Part shown: positions 39,401-50,200 of the stretch, in pieces
Layout of the letters: every line of letters starts with the position of its first letter
Numbering within the stretch: the stretch's first letter is position 1
Assembly (NCBI GenBank): GCA_965215125.1
Contig: OZ244052.1
Location: 1,600,001 to 1,664,000 of the forward strand
DNA from: an uncultured candidatus Porisulfidus sp.
Lineage (GTDB): Bacteria; Pseudomonadota; Gammaproteobacteria; Poriferisulfidales; Oxydemutatoraceae
DNA length: 64,000 bases
Reading direction: 5' to 3'
Program-made: the position numbers and the translations under genes
Notes under the pieces: generated by a model
What the model saw: the letters and a program-made list of their open reading frames with translations, nothing else
Told to the model about the DNA's origin: nothing
Databases searched by the model: none

Positions 39401-42400
39401 TATCCACCGTCCACATCGCTCTATTCGTCATCGCATTTATATAGTTCTCGGCAATCGTGAAATCCAAGTCTCTACGCAGTTCATAACCCGAACAGGTCTC
39501 CGTGCCTCCGACTAGCATGCAACCTGCAGTGCTTTTAGTCGCACCTTCGCTTGCTCTATAGCCGCTACCGTCGGTTTGATAACGCACCGCATGCAAATCT
39601 TCTAAATAGTAGATGTCTATCAAGCCGTCGTCATCGTCGTCTATATCGGTTCTATTTCTATACGGACCTACTACACTAGTAAAATGGTTCCCTTGTCCGT
39701 CAATAGAAACCACCTGTGCGCGATAGAGAGAGTCACTCGTATCTTGTGTCGGTATGATATATGTTGCCGAAGTCTCACCGGGAATCGTTATCCAATCGGT
39801 ATCACCCGCACCACGTCGCTGCCAAGCATAACTATCAATCATACCGTCGCCGTCGGGATCGCTTCCTTCTACTATTGCCTCAATGCTTATCATTGATACG
39901 GTCACTGTCACCGTAAAGCTTGGTTCACCACTATCAACCTTCCTGATGGTCAAAGTCTTGGTCGCACTAGTTTCCACAAAGCCGTCTCCGACGATCAGTT
40001 TGATTACGACATCGCGATCTGTGTCATCACGAGGTACAAATCTGATAGGTGCATTAAAACTTAAATTAGCATTGGTAACGGTTTCCCCGGCTAGTAAAGT
40101 CTCCGGCTCCGAAGTCCACCGATAACTATAAATATCACTGTCGCCACCTGTGATCGTTGCAGTTAGATTAACGGGATCGCCCTCATCCACCGTGTCGGCA
40201 CCGATTATACTTGTTATTTCTATTGCACTTATAGGATTGTTGACGGTGACGCTATAGGTGACCGGGTTGGTATCGGTAGGGTCATTGCCGACGACGATTG
40301 TCAGAATCGACACCCCTTCTGAGAGAGGAATAGGCATGCTCAACTCGCCACTGCGCTTGCCCATAAAATAGTCGGTGCTATCTCCTGTTTTGAGAATTGA
40401 AATAGAAGCACCTTGAGGATTGATGCTGTACGGCAATAACTCAATCATGGTTTTATTTACTACATTTATCGTATAGTCGGAAAATATCGAAAGAGAGAAA
40501 GGTTTATTCGCTGTTTCAGGCCTACTATCGACAAAGAATAGTAGGTTGCTCAGTCCTTTCTCTGCCTGATCTAGCAATACACCGCCGCACGGCGGTAGAG
40601 CGGTATCGAGGTCGTCATCACACACCGGTGCTATAGAAATGTCGGTCGGCGAAGTATATCTTAGTATTGGGTATTGCGTTGAGCTACCGAAATCCCAATC
40701 GGCAACACGCCAATTTGTATAGATGCCGGTTGCAGCATTTTCATTAGTCGGTGTTTGCAATTCAGTGCGGGTTTTGGCTTCAATATTGGTAGTAATACCA
40801 CTATTAACCGTGCTGTCCCAATAGCTAGACTCGATCATCCCGGTTGTCCCGGTAGCGACCAAACCCCCGACTGTGCCACCGCCACCGTCAATAAGCCCGT
40901 ATGCATAACTATTCCTTATCAAACCTGCGTTATCGGCTACTAAACCGCCGGCACGATTTCGTGTAATGTCCTCCGTACAGTCCCCGGATCTGTTTACGCT
41001 ACCCGCCGCATAGCTATTGACGATGTCACTCCCACTGCCGTTCTCGGCAACCAAGCCACCTACATCGCAAGCCCCGCTGACATTACCCGCCGCATAGCTG
41101 TTTCTAATCTTGCCGTGGTTGTTGCCGACCAAACCAGCCGATAATAACGCACCAGTGGACATTACCGTCACATCTGCATAGCTGTTGACAATCACGCTGG
41201 TCGCAGAACTATGATTAAACGCAACCAATCCACCGACGCTGTGTTGTGATCCTTTAACTTCTCCTTGCGCATAGCTATTGGTAATAACACCTTCGTTTTG
41301 CGCAACCAAGCTACCTACAGAGCCTCTGCCTTCAATCTCAACATCCAATATGCCGATGTTTTCTATCCTCGCCTCCAACGACGATGCCGCAAATAATCCG
41401 ATATATGCATCATCAACCATATCTCTATTGATCTGTAAATTAAAAATGTTGTTATTGTTGCCGTTGAATGTGCCGGCAAACGGGGCAGCTACGGTTGCTA
41501 TAGGCAACCAGCCGGTATCCGTATCATCGGTAGAATCATCTACCGTCCACTCGCTTTTATTTGATGTCGCATCCGCATAGCTATCGTCCGCATTAAAATC
41601 CAAGTCTCTTAATAGTTCGTAGCCGGTGCATGTATCGGCAGGACAACCCAAGACGATTTTATCTACGGTGATATTGTCCGACCCGGGATTTATTCTATAA
41701 CCGCTACCGTCCGCTTGATAGCGTAGCACATCTAAATCTTCCAAATAACGAATGTCTATCAAGCCGTCGTCGTCGCCGTCCACGTCTATAGGAAACGGAC
41801 CTAGCGTATATTCTTTGTTATATCCTTGTCCGTCGGTATGATTCACCACCACGCGGTAGCGGATGGTACTAGGAGGAGTGCCCGACACCGTGTAGCGATT
41901 GGTAGCGGAAAGATCTGTCCAGCTATTATGACCTTCGTCTCGGCTTTGCCATTGATATGTAAATGTCCCTATACCGTCCGGATCGTCTGCGTTAGAAGTG
42001 ATGCTTAATAAAGTAGGACTGACGGTCAATTCCAGTTGTGGTTCGCCGTTGTCGACTTTGTTAACGGTTAGCACAAGTTCGGCGGAGGCTATATCGAAAC
42101 CGTCGTCAACCGTTATCGTGTAGACGATGCTTTGCATCGTTTCACCGACATCTAAAAAGGTATCGGGTACCGTGAAAGTGACAATTGCATTTGTGCCTTG
42201 TCCTTGATCCAGCACCGTGTCTCCCTGTTGCAGCGAATATTCATAGTTCCCGCTACCGTTGTCGAACACGGCTCTAAACATAATATCGTCCCCCTCGCTA
42301 ACGGTAGCAGTAGGGGGTATAGTGCCGAAGAAGGCAATTCCAACAGGATTCTGAGGTCCTTTTATCAAATTAAAATTATATGTCACCCCCTCTGCCATAA

Positions 42401-44027
42401 CTCTCAATGTCTCGTTTATGCCCGCTTGCAATGGGATAAGATTACTTAAATCGCCGCTATTCTTTTCGGAGAAATAGTCGGTGTTTTCTCCTGATTTGAC
42501 AATTGAAATCGTTGCGGTGTTGTGGATAGAATAGGGTCTTAGTTGAATCCGAGTGATGGCACGCGAAATGTTTATATCGTAGTCAAACACCACCGGTGAA
42601 AAAGGCCGATTGCGAAATATTTCGGTATTATCCTGCTGTTCGCCGTCCACCACCAAAAATAAAATGCTCAAACCCTTATTGCGAATAGCTTGACCGGATA
42701 ACAGCGCACCGCAAGGCGGCAGTGGTGTATCGGGATTTACATCGCAGGCGGGGTTGTTGCTGTCGTCGCCTTCGGCATAGCGCAGTGCAGCATAAGTTTG
42801 CGTGCTACCGAAATCCCAATCGGTGATACTCCAATTTGCATAGATACCGGTTGCGGCATCTGCATTGGTCGGCGTTTGCAATTCAACGGTCGTCTGAGCG
42901 GTGCCGCCTCCCGGAGAATTCACTTGCCCACTCGTATCGGTATCCCAGTAGCTATCGGTTACCGGTAGGTTAGATAATCGTCTATTGCCTATTAGACCGC
43001 CAATGTTATTAGCACTTGAATCGGCTGTCACTGCGACGGTTGAATAGCTGTTTGTAATGCTTGGATTAACGTTTGGATCATTGTTTGTCCATAATACAGC
43101 GAGCAGACCACCTACGCTTCGGCGATTTTCATCATCAATAGAAGTGATATGCGCAGAACCCATGGTATAACTATTACTAATAGTCCCTTGACTCTCGCCG
43201 ACTAAACCACCGGCTTCCCTTAATCCTGTAACCTTAGCATTCGCATAGCTATTGATAATTGTGCCACGGTTGATGCCACAGATGCCACCGACCCAACGAG
43301 AACCTAACACAGTGCCACGCACATAACTGTTGATAATTAACCCATTCGACCCGCTTACGCCGGCTAAAAGACCGGCATTGTTCGCTTCTCCCTCAACACC
43401 GCCTTGGTCTACGTAGACATTGATTAGATTACCCTCGTTGCGACCGACCAGCCCACCGACCCGAGTATTACCTTCTACTTCTATTTCTCGCAAACCGAGA
43501 TTGCGAATGGTGCCGGTATTGCCGGCAAACATGCCGATGTCGTTAGTGCCGTCTCTATTGATTTGCAGACTGGAGATGCTATATCCGTTGCCTTCAAAAA
43601 TGCCGCTGAAAGTTCCTCCTATAGGATCCCAGCCTTGTTTCGTAGTATCTAAAAAATCAACATTGCTAAGTACCCAGCCACTGTTGACCACACCCGACAC
43701 ATAACTTTGTGCGTTTGAGAAGTCTAAATCTCTTACCAACTCATAACCGTTGCAACCGGTATTAGGGCAACCTGTGGTATTAGTCGTAGCCACTGCACTG
43801 TTTTGATAACCCGAGCCATCCAACACAAAGCGGATCGCATTCAAGTCCTCTAGGTAGCATATTTCTATCAAGCCGTCATTATCGTCGTCTATATCTACGG
43901 GGGTGTCGGGATCGTTATCAATTTCGGCAGCACAATCATCGATACTTTCGTTTTGCGCGAACACCGGTTGAGCAATCAACAAACCTAAAAATATTAGAAA
44001 ACTGTATTTACTAAAATCTATATTCAT
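33399..44027 (-). CDS. Giant secreted modular surface protein 1 (~3542 aa; 4 GLUG beta-helix modules plus cadherin-like/Ig-like domains)
   Basis: Sec signal MNIDFSKYSFLIFLGLLIAQPVFA|Q; repeated DIDDDDDGLI, GC..C.GYEL.RDLDF, VGGLVG.N.G.I.NSYA rungs, CD....TPLPPCG linkers; ends EIRIRARVFLEGPIQ. Confidence 0.9.
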   Translation of the reverse strand: MNIDFSKYSFLIFLGLLIAQPVFAQNESIDDCAAEIDNDPDTPVDIDDDNDGLIEICYLEDLNAIRFVLDGSGYQNSAVATTNTTGCPNTGCNGYELVRDLDFSNAQSYVSGVVNSGWVLSNVDFLDTTKQGWDPIGGTFSGIFEGNGYSISSLQINRDGTNDIGMFAGNTGTIRNLGLREIEVEGNTRVGGLVGRNEGNLINVYVDQGGVEGEANNAGLLAGVSGSNGLIINSYVRGTVLGSRWVGGICGINRGTIINSYANAKVTGLREAGGLVGESQGTISNSYTMGSAHITSIDDENRRSVGGLLAVLWTNNDPNVNPSITNSYSTVAVTADSSANNIGGLIGNRRLSNLPVTDSYWDTDTSGQVNSPGGGTAQTTVELQTPTNADAATGIYANWSITDWDFGSTQTYAALRYAEGDDSNNPACDVNPDTPLPPCGALLSGQAIRNKGLSILFLVVDGEQQDNTEIFRNRPFSPVVFDYDINISRAITRIQLRPYSIHNTATISIVKSGENTDYFSEKNSGDLSNLIPLQAGINETLRVMAEGVTYNFNLIKGPQNPVGIAFFGTIPPTATVSEGDDIMFRAVFDNGSGNYEYSLQQGDTVLDQGQGTNAIVTFTVPDTFLDVGETMQSIVYTITVDDGFDIASAELVLTVNKVDNGEPQLELTVSPTLLSITSNADDPDGIGTFTYQWQSRDEGHNSWTDLSATNRYTVSGTPPSTIRYRVVVNHTDGQGYNKEYTLGPFPIDVDGDDDGLIDIRYLEDLDVLRYQADGSGYRINPGSDNITVDKIVLGCPADTCTGYELLRDLDFNADDSYADATSNKSEWTVDDSTDDTDTGWLPIATVAAPFAGTFNGNNNNIFNLQINRDMVDDAYIGLFAASSLEARIENIGILDVEIEGRGSVGSLVAQNEGVITNSYAQGEVKGSQHSVGGLVAFNHSSATSVIVNSYADVTVMSTGALLSAGLVGNNHGKIRNSYAAGNVSGACDVGGLVAENGSGSDIVNSYAAGSVNRSGDCTEDITRNRAGGLVADNAGLIRNSYAYGLIDGGGGTVGGLVATGTTGMIESSYWDSTVNSGITTNIEAKTRTELQTPTNENAATGIYTNWRVADWDFGSSTQYPILRYTSPTDISIAPVCDDDLDTALPPCGGVLLDQAEKGLSNLLFFVDSRPETANKPFSLSIFSDYTINVVNKTMIELLPYSINPQGASISILKTGDSTDYFMGKRSGELSMPIPLSEGVSILTIVVGNDPTDTNPVTYSVTVNNPISAIEITSIIGADTVDEGDPVNLTATITGGDSDIYSYRWTSEPETLLAGETVTNANLSFNAPIRFVPRDDTDRDVVIKLIVGDGFVETSATKTLTIRKVDSGEPSFTVTVTVSMISIEAIVEGSDPDGDGMIDSYAWQRRGAGDTDWITIPGETSATYIIPTQDTSDSLYRAQVVSIDGQGNHFTSVVGPYRNRTDIDDDDDGLIDIYYLEDLHAVRYQTDGSGYRASEGATKSTAGCMLVGGTETCSGYELRRDLDFTIAENYINAMTNRAMWTVDNFDTAGDTGWQPIGSITNNGCSDSSSRCFAGIFEGNGHSISNLHINRDTVDDAYIGLFAASSVEARIENIGILDVDIEGRGSVGSLVAQNEGVITNSYAQGEVKGSQHSVGGLVAFNHSFATSVIVNSYADVMVMSTGALLSAGLVGNNHGKIRNSYAAGNVSGACDVGGLVAENGSGSDIVNSYAAGSVNRSGGCTEDSTRNRAGGLVADNAGLIRNSYAYGLIDGGGGTVGGLVATGTTGMIESSYWDSTVNSGITTNIEAKTRTELQTPTNENAATGIYTNWRIADWDFGSSTQYPILRYTSPTDISIAPVCDDDLDTALPPCGGVLLDQGEKGLSNLLFFVDSRPETANKPFSLSIFSDYTINVVNKTMIELLPYSINPQGASISILKTGDSTDYFTGKRSGELSMPIPLSEGVSILTIVVGNDPTDTNPVTYSVTVNNPISAIEITSIIGADTVDEGDPVNLTATITGGDSDIYRYRWTSEPETLLAGETVTNANLSFNAPIRFVPRDDTDRDVVIKLIVGDGFVETSATKTLTIRKVDNGGPGFTTTVTISMISIEAIVEGSDPDGDGTIDSYAWQRRGAGDTDWTTIPGETSATYIIPTQDTSDSLYRAQVVSIDGQGNRFTSVVGPYRNRTDIDDDDDGLIDIYYLEDLHAVRYQTDGSGYRASGGPTKSAAGCMLVGGMETCMGYELRRDLDFTIAENYINAMTNRAMWTVDNFDTDGDTGWNPIGSVAGNNCSDPSSRCFAGIFEGNGYGIFNLQINRDGTNEIGMFAGNSNTGTIRNLGLREIEVEGNNRVGGLVGRNEGNLINTHVIESRVEGKANNAGLLVGVSGSNGLIINSYVRGTVVGFRWVGGICGVNGGRIINSYANARGTGLREAGGLVGENQGSISNSYARGSVHITASNSPSRAVGGLLAVLWTGNNPSVTNNYSTVRVTADSSNNNIGGLIGNRHESNPPVTDSYWDINTSNQTASPGGGTAQTTVGLQTPTNDNAATGIYANWSTDDWDFGTTEQYPALLYNEIAGVDACDDDAATPLPRCGSLLPGQNNAKPEIISPRDGDEILLAADTNTTLSVVVSDGNINDELTVKLDALDGEGNIVASFTISGTPTGNVQRMLDLTIRVPTPDAMLVKNFRLVAEDNSGFNNAKSDEVLLNVGLEESSEPIITITPPTVPTMQLNDMTDIVVSVADNDFDEGDSVTLTAESSSRTIVSVAPEQTDNITTDTSITFTLTAEQSGEAVITFTATDSNGLKNSETVPVRVNVPPTITSFDDTVSVKEGREQTIAVSVSDADTDDSLTLSLTAMNENQDIVELVTTSVAVMTNGSVTRDAQTLRIKGLKAGMATLNITISDEHTESASVSVSVTVERNTAPTITGVPTKPIGLLEGAETMLDITIDDTDTDDLPTGLRLSVRSDDTDVASVTTEGNNTTRTIKIAGKRVGMATITMTVDDDRGATNSVVPERLMVEVEANEAPTLGIITSPGQAIEPESTARVVVSVADNNFDLDDRVTLTAESSSRTIVSVTPKQIDNITTDTNITFTLTAEQSGAAVITFTATDSKNNSTNTKIVVRTNTPPQVSSVPTSVVATVGEAFRLETGSFFSDADNDALTYSIVVDPDNLSYNFSTTGTLTFTPTNAEASTNTTGFTVTVSAADDTGGTAQAVFALLIDAQPTGSVMISRNSTNQWQLEGDPTGISDANGIARRTYRWYRNNSIIGGATGNSYTIPGNGRTAGTRYRLDVTIVDNIGQSATVQSDAITIDNIAPIIRGITITVDPPSPPLEEGDEVTITADATDENNDSLTYSWRVTSGHDGINVSSINARQVSFTLPDYLIKSSTLTQQTLALQLVVRDTAAEAVSTMVSVVVNKKDNGQANIGTLSRDNDNERILTLTGLTLTDDPDGGGLSSTVAYQWQRCWGSDGTDCSDANNWVNISGATGNSYTIPASLSGHTIAEGDLFRIGVTYTDMQGYERTVYSGSRGVSRSTEIRIRARVFLEGPIQ
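37120..41446. repeat. Intragenic tandem duplication, 2 x 2163 bp (721 aa)
   Basis: Matching sequence at constant offset 2163 (e.g. 38592/40755, 39115/41278); boundaries approximate. Confidence 0.9.
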
Positions 44028-44265
44028 TACATTTTCACAAAGGGAAAAATGCAATCGTAAGCAATCTTATTAAGTTGCTAGAGGGAGAAAGTGCAATCGT
44101 AAGTAATTTTGCTACGTTGCTAGAGGGGTAAATAGGGGATTATGTATATACCCGATAGTTCGGATAAATTTATAGTTATATTTTCTGATTATATACAATC
44201 TGATTATTTATGCAATAGCTTATACGGCCCTGTAAGCCCCAAGTAATAATGTGAGCTGTCGGCGG
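44028..44265 (-). promoter_or_regulatory. Conserved upstream region of giant gene 1 with a sigma70-like promoter
   Basis: Minus strand TTGCAT (44215-44210)-N16-TATAAT (44193-44188); homologous region at 53620-53777 has TTGTAT-N16-TATAAT. Confidence 0.6.
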
Positions 44266-47200
44266 TTATTGGAGAGGACCCTCTAAAAATACTCTGGTGC
44301 GTATTCTAATCTCGGTGCTACGAGAAATATCTCGGCTACCGGAATACACAGTCCTCTCATAACCCTGCATGTCGGTATATGTTACACCGATGCGAAATAA
44401 ATCTCCTTCCGCTATCGTATGCCCTGATAGGCTGGCCGGGATCGTATAGGAGTTGCCAATCGCACCGGAAATGTTCACCCAATTATTTGCATCCGAACAA
44501 TCGGTTCCGTCGCTACCCCAGCATCGTTGCCATTGATATGCCACAGTACTGCTTAACCCGCCTCCGTCCGGATCACCCGTCAAGACCAAACCCGTCAAGG
44601 TTAATACCCGTTCGTTATCGTTATCTCTACGGAGTGTCCCTATATTTGCTTGGCCGTTATCTTTCTTATTCACCACCACCGATACCATTGTAGATACGGC
44701 TTCGGCGGCGGTGTCGCGCACGACCAACTGCAATGCTAGGGTCTGTTGCGTAAGGGTACTACTCTTTATCAAATAGTCGGGTAGGGTAAAACTGACTTGC
44801 CGAGCATTTATGGATGATACGTTTATTCCGTCATGCCCACTGGTCACGCGCCAGCTATAAGTCAAGCTATCGTTATTTTCATCGGTCGCATCGGCAGTTA
44901 TGGTGACTTCATCACCCTCTTCCAGCGGTGGTGAGGGTGGGTCAACGGTAATTGTAATGCCACGAATGATCGGTGCGATGTTGTCGATCGTAATCGCATC
45001 GGATTGAACGGTCGCCGATTGTCCTATGTTGTCCACAATCGTCACATCTAATCTATAGCGTGTGCCTGCAGTTCGTCCGTTGCCGGGTATTGTATAGCTA
45101 TTGCCGGTTGCGCCACCTATTATGCTATTGTTTCTATACCACCGATATGTTCTCCGTGCGATGCCGTTGGCATCCGAAATCCCTGTTGGGTCTCCTTCCA
45201 GTTGCCATTGATTAGTGCTGTTTCGGCTTATCATCACGCTACCGGTCGGCTGCGCATCTATCAAAAGTGCGAAGATTGCCTGTGCCGTGCCACCGGTGTC
45301 GTCGGCTGCCGATACGGTCACGGTAAAACCTGTGGTGTTGGTGCTTGCCTCTGCGTTTGTGGGTGTGAATGTCAATGTGCCGGTGGTACTGAAGTTATAA
45401 CTTAAGTTATCCGGGTCTACTACGATACTGTATGTCAGTGCATCGTTGTCGGCATCGCTAAAGAAGCTGCCGGTCTCTAATCTAAATGCTTCTCCTACCG
45501 TTGCCACGACCGATGTCGGCACAGACGACACTTGCGGTGGTGTATTGGTTCGCACCACAATTTTCGTATTAGTGCTGATATTCTTACTATCGGTTGCGGT
45601 AAATGTAATCACCGCCTCTCCGCTTTGCTCGGCGGTTAGCGTGAAGGTGATACTCGTATCGGTCGTTATATTGTCGATTTGTTTCGGTGTCACCGACACG
45701 ATCGTTCGGCTCGATGATTCCGCCGTCAATGTGACACTATCACCTCCCTCAAAATCATTATCCGTTACCAAGACGACGATACGCGCCGTGCTATTGAGCG
45801 GTAGCGTCTGCGCTACTGAGGGTGTTAGTATAATCGTCGGTGTGGTGTTGTCTCCGACCGGCATCTCCCGCTGACCGGGCAACAAGCTACCACAACGCGG
45901 CAACGGTGTTGCCACATCGGCATCGCAGGCATCGACACCGTCAACCTCGTTATACAGCAGTGCCGGATATTGCTTGGTGTTGCCGAAATTCCAATCATCA
46001 GTACTCCAACTGGCGTAGATGCCGGTTGCAGCATTGTCATTCGTCGGCATTTGCAATGCAGCGGTCATCTGAGCGATGCCGCCTTCCGGAGAAGCCATCT
46101 GCTCACTCGTATCGGTATCCCAATAGCTCGCGGTTAAGTTAGCAGGTACCGGTCGATTGTTTGGGTCTATACCGCCGATCAGACCGCCGATGTTATTAGC
46201 ACTTGAATCGGCTGTCACTGTGACGGTCGAATAGCTGTTTGCAATGATTGCATTAGTGCCTGCCCATACAGCGAGCAACCCTCCTACGCTTCGGCGATTT
46301 TCATCATCAATAGAGGTGATATGAGCAGAACCCATCGCATAACTATTGCGAATAGTCCCTAGATTCTCAGCCGCCAAACCACCGACTTCCCTTAATCCTC
46401 TAGCCCTAGTATTCGCATAGCTATTGATAATTGTGCCACGGTTGACGCCACAGATGCCACCAACCCAACGAGAACCTAACACAGTGCCATGCACATAACC
46501 GTTGATAATTAACCCATTTGACACGCTTACGCCGGCTAAAAGACCGGCATTGTTCGCTTCTCCCTCAACACTGCCTTGGTCTACGTAGACATTGATTAGA
46601 TTACCCTCGTTGCGACCGACCAGCCCACCGACCCTATTATTGCCTTCTACTTCTATTTCACGCAAACCGAGATTGCGAATGGTGCCGGTATTGCTATTGC
46701 CGGCAAACATGCCGATCTCGTTAGTGCCGTCTCTATTGATATGTAAATTAGAAATATTATGGCCGTTGCCTTCAAAAACACCGGCGAAACATCTGCTACT
46801 CGGATCGCTACAATTATTGCCGGCAACAGAACCGATAGGATTCCAACCGGTATCGCCGGCGATACCAAAATTATCCACCGTCCACATCGCTCTATTCGTT
46901 GCCATATTGACATAGCTCGGGGTGCTTGTGAAATCCAAGTCTCTACGCAGTTCATAACCACCACATCCTTCGCTCGGGCAACCTCGGGTAATATCGGTTG
47001 GCCCATAGCCACTGCCGTCGGTTTGATGACGCACCGCATCCAAGTCTTCCAAGTAGTAGATATCTATCAAACCGTCGTCGTCATCGTCTATATCGATTCT
47101 ATTTCTATACGGACCTAATAGACTAGTAAAATCGTTCCTTTGTGCATCGGTAGACATCACCTGCACACGATACAGGGTGTCACCGTTGTCTTGTGTCGGG

Positions 47201-50200
47201 ATGCTAAACATCGCCGATGTCTGACCGGCTATCGTTGTCCATTCGGTATCACCTGCCCCACGTCGTTGCCAAGTATAACTATCGATCGTACCGTCGCCGT
47301 CGGCATCGCTTCCCGGCACGACGGCAATGCTTATTGACGACGAGGTCACCGTCTCGGTAAAGCTCGGTTGACCGTTGTCGGCTTTAGCGACGGTTAGCAT
47401 AAGTTCGGCGGAGGCTATATCAAAACCATCGTCAACCGTTATCGTGTAGACGATGTTTTGCGTCGTCTCCCCGGCTTCTACAAAAGTATCGGGCACGGTG
47501 GCAGTGACAGTTGCAGTTGTGCCTTGTCCTTGATCCAGTACCGTGTTTCCCTGTTGCAACGAATATTCATAGTCCCCGCTACCGTTGCCGAACACGGCTT
47601 CAAGCATAATATCGTCACCCTCGCTAACGGTAGCAGTAGGGGGTATTGTGCCGAAGGAGACAACCTCAACCAGAGTCCGTGGTACTCTCAGATTAAAATT
47701 ATAAGTCACTCCATCCGCGATGATTCTCAACTTCTCGTTTATGCCTGTTTGTAATGGGATAGGATTACTTAAATCGCCGCTATTTTTTTCGGAGAAATAG
47801 TCGGTGTTTTCTCCTGATTTAACAATTGAAATCGTTGCGGTGTTGTGGATAGAGTATGGTCTTAGTTGAATCCGGGCGGTGCCATGCGGAATGTTTATAT
47901 CGTAGTCAAGCACCACCGATGAAAAAAACTGATCAAAAAATACTCTGGCATTATCCTGCTGTTCGCCGTTTATCACCAAAAATAAAATGCTCAAACCCTG
48001 ATTGCGAATAGCTTGACCGGATAACAGCGCACCGCAAGGCGGTAGTGGTGTTTCGGGATCTAAGTCGCAGGCAGGGTTGTTGCTGTCGTCGCCTTCGGCA
48101 TGGCGCAGTGCAGCATAAGTTTGCGTGCTACCGAAATCCCAATCGGCGTTGCTCCAATTCGTATAGATGCCCATTGTCGCATTGTCATTCGTCGGTGTTT
48201 GCAATTCAGCCTTAGTCTGAGCGATGCCGCCTCCTGGAGAATTCACTTGTCCGCTCGTATCGGTGTCCCAGTAACTATAGTCTACCGGTAAGTCTTCAAA
48301 TTTTCTAGCGATTAAACCACCCAGGTTATTTCCGGTTGGATTAGTAGCCGTCACCTCCACGGTTGAATAGCTGTTTGTAATACTTGGGTTTCTGCCACCA
48401 ACCCATAATGCACTAGCAAGACCACCTACGTTTCGGTTATTGCCCGCATTTGCAGTTAAATTCGCAGAACCCATTGCATAACTATTGACAACAGACCCTT
48501 GAATATCGCCCACTAACCCCCCTGCGTTCCCTGCTCCTGAAACCTCGGAGATTGCATAGCTATTGATAATTCTGCCGAGGGTTACACCACCGATACCTCC
48601 TACAAAACGACCTCCCGACGAAACAGTGCCACGCACATAACTGTTGATAATTAAGCCACTTGACTCGTTGCGGCCGACTAAAAGACCTATTGCGTTATTT
48701 TCCCCTACAATGTTGCCCTCGTGAACATGAACATTTATTAGATTTCCCCAGTCTCTGCCGACTAAACCACCAACTCTTTGATAACCCTCTATTTTTATTA
48801 GCAATAACCCGAGATTGCGAATAGTTCCGGTATTGCCGGTAAACAAGCCTATATCTTGGCTCTCGGCATTAGTCGTACTGTCCCTATTAATCTGCAAATT
48901 GGAAATGCTATGTCCGTTGCCCTCAAAAATACCGGCGAAACATCTGCTACTCGGATCGCTACAATCATTGTTAGTAATAGACCCTATAGGTTGCCAACCG
49001 TTATCGCCATCGGTATCGAAATTATCCACCGTCCACATTGCCCTATTCGTTATCGCATTTATATAGTTCTCGGCAATCGTGAAATCCAAGTCTCTACGCA
49101 GTTCATAACCCGAACAGGTCTCCGTGCCTTCGACTAGCATGCAACCTGCAGTGCTTTTAGTCGCACCGCCGCTTGCTCTATAGCCACTACCGTCGGGTTG
49201 ATAACGCACCGCATGCAAATCTTCTAAATAGTAGATGTCTATCAAGCCGTCGTCATCGTCGTCTATATCGGTTCTATTTCTATACGGACCTACTACACTA
49301 GTAAAACGGTTCTTTCGTCCGTCAATAGAAACCACCTGTGCGCGATAGAGAGAGTCACTCGTATCTTGTGTCGGTATGATATATGTCGCCGAAGTCTCAC
49401 CGGGAATCGTTGTCCAATCGGTATCACCTGCACCACGTCGCTGCCAAGCATAACTATCAATCGTGCCGTCGCCGTCGGGATCGCTTCCTTCTACTATTGC
49501 CTCAATGCTTATCATTGATACGGTCACTGTCACCGTAAAGCTTGGTTCACCACTATCAACCTTCCTGATGGTCAGCGTCTTGCGCGCACTAGTTTCCACA
49601 GAGCCGTCTCCGACGATCAGTTTGATTACGACATCGCGATCTGTGTCATCACGGGGTACAAATCTGATAGGTGCATTAAAACTTAAATTAGCATTAGTGA
49701 CGGTTTCCCCGGCTAGTAAAGTCTCCGGATCCGAAGTCCACCGATAACGATAAGTGTTAATGTCGCCACCTGTGATCGTTGCAGTTAGATTAACGGGATC
49801 GCCCTCATCCACCGTGTCGGCACCGATTATACTTGTTATTTCTATTGCACTTATAGGATTGTTGACGGTGACGCTATAGGTGACCGGGTTGGTATCGGTA
49901 GGGTCATTGCCGACGACGATTGTCAAAGTCGACACGCCTTCTGCGATAGGAATCGGCATGCTCAACTCGCCACTGCGCTTGCCCATAAAATAGTCGGTGC
50001 TATCTCCTATTTTGAGAATTGAAATAGAAGCACCTTGAGGATTAATGCTGTAAGGTAATAACTCAATCATGGTTTTATTTACTACATTTATCGTATAGCC
50101 GGAAAATATCGAGGGAGAGAAGGGTTTATTCGCTGTTTCAGGATTACTATTGACAAAGAATAATAGGTTGCTCAGTCCTTTCTCTGCCTGAGCTAACAAT

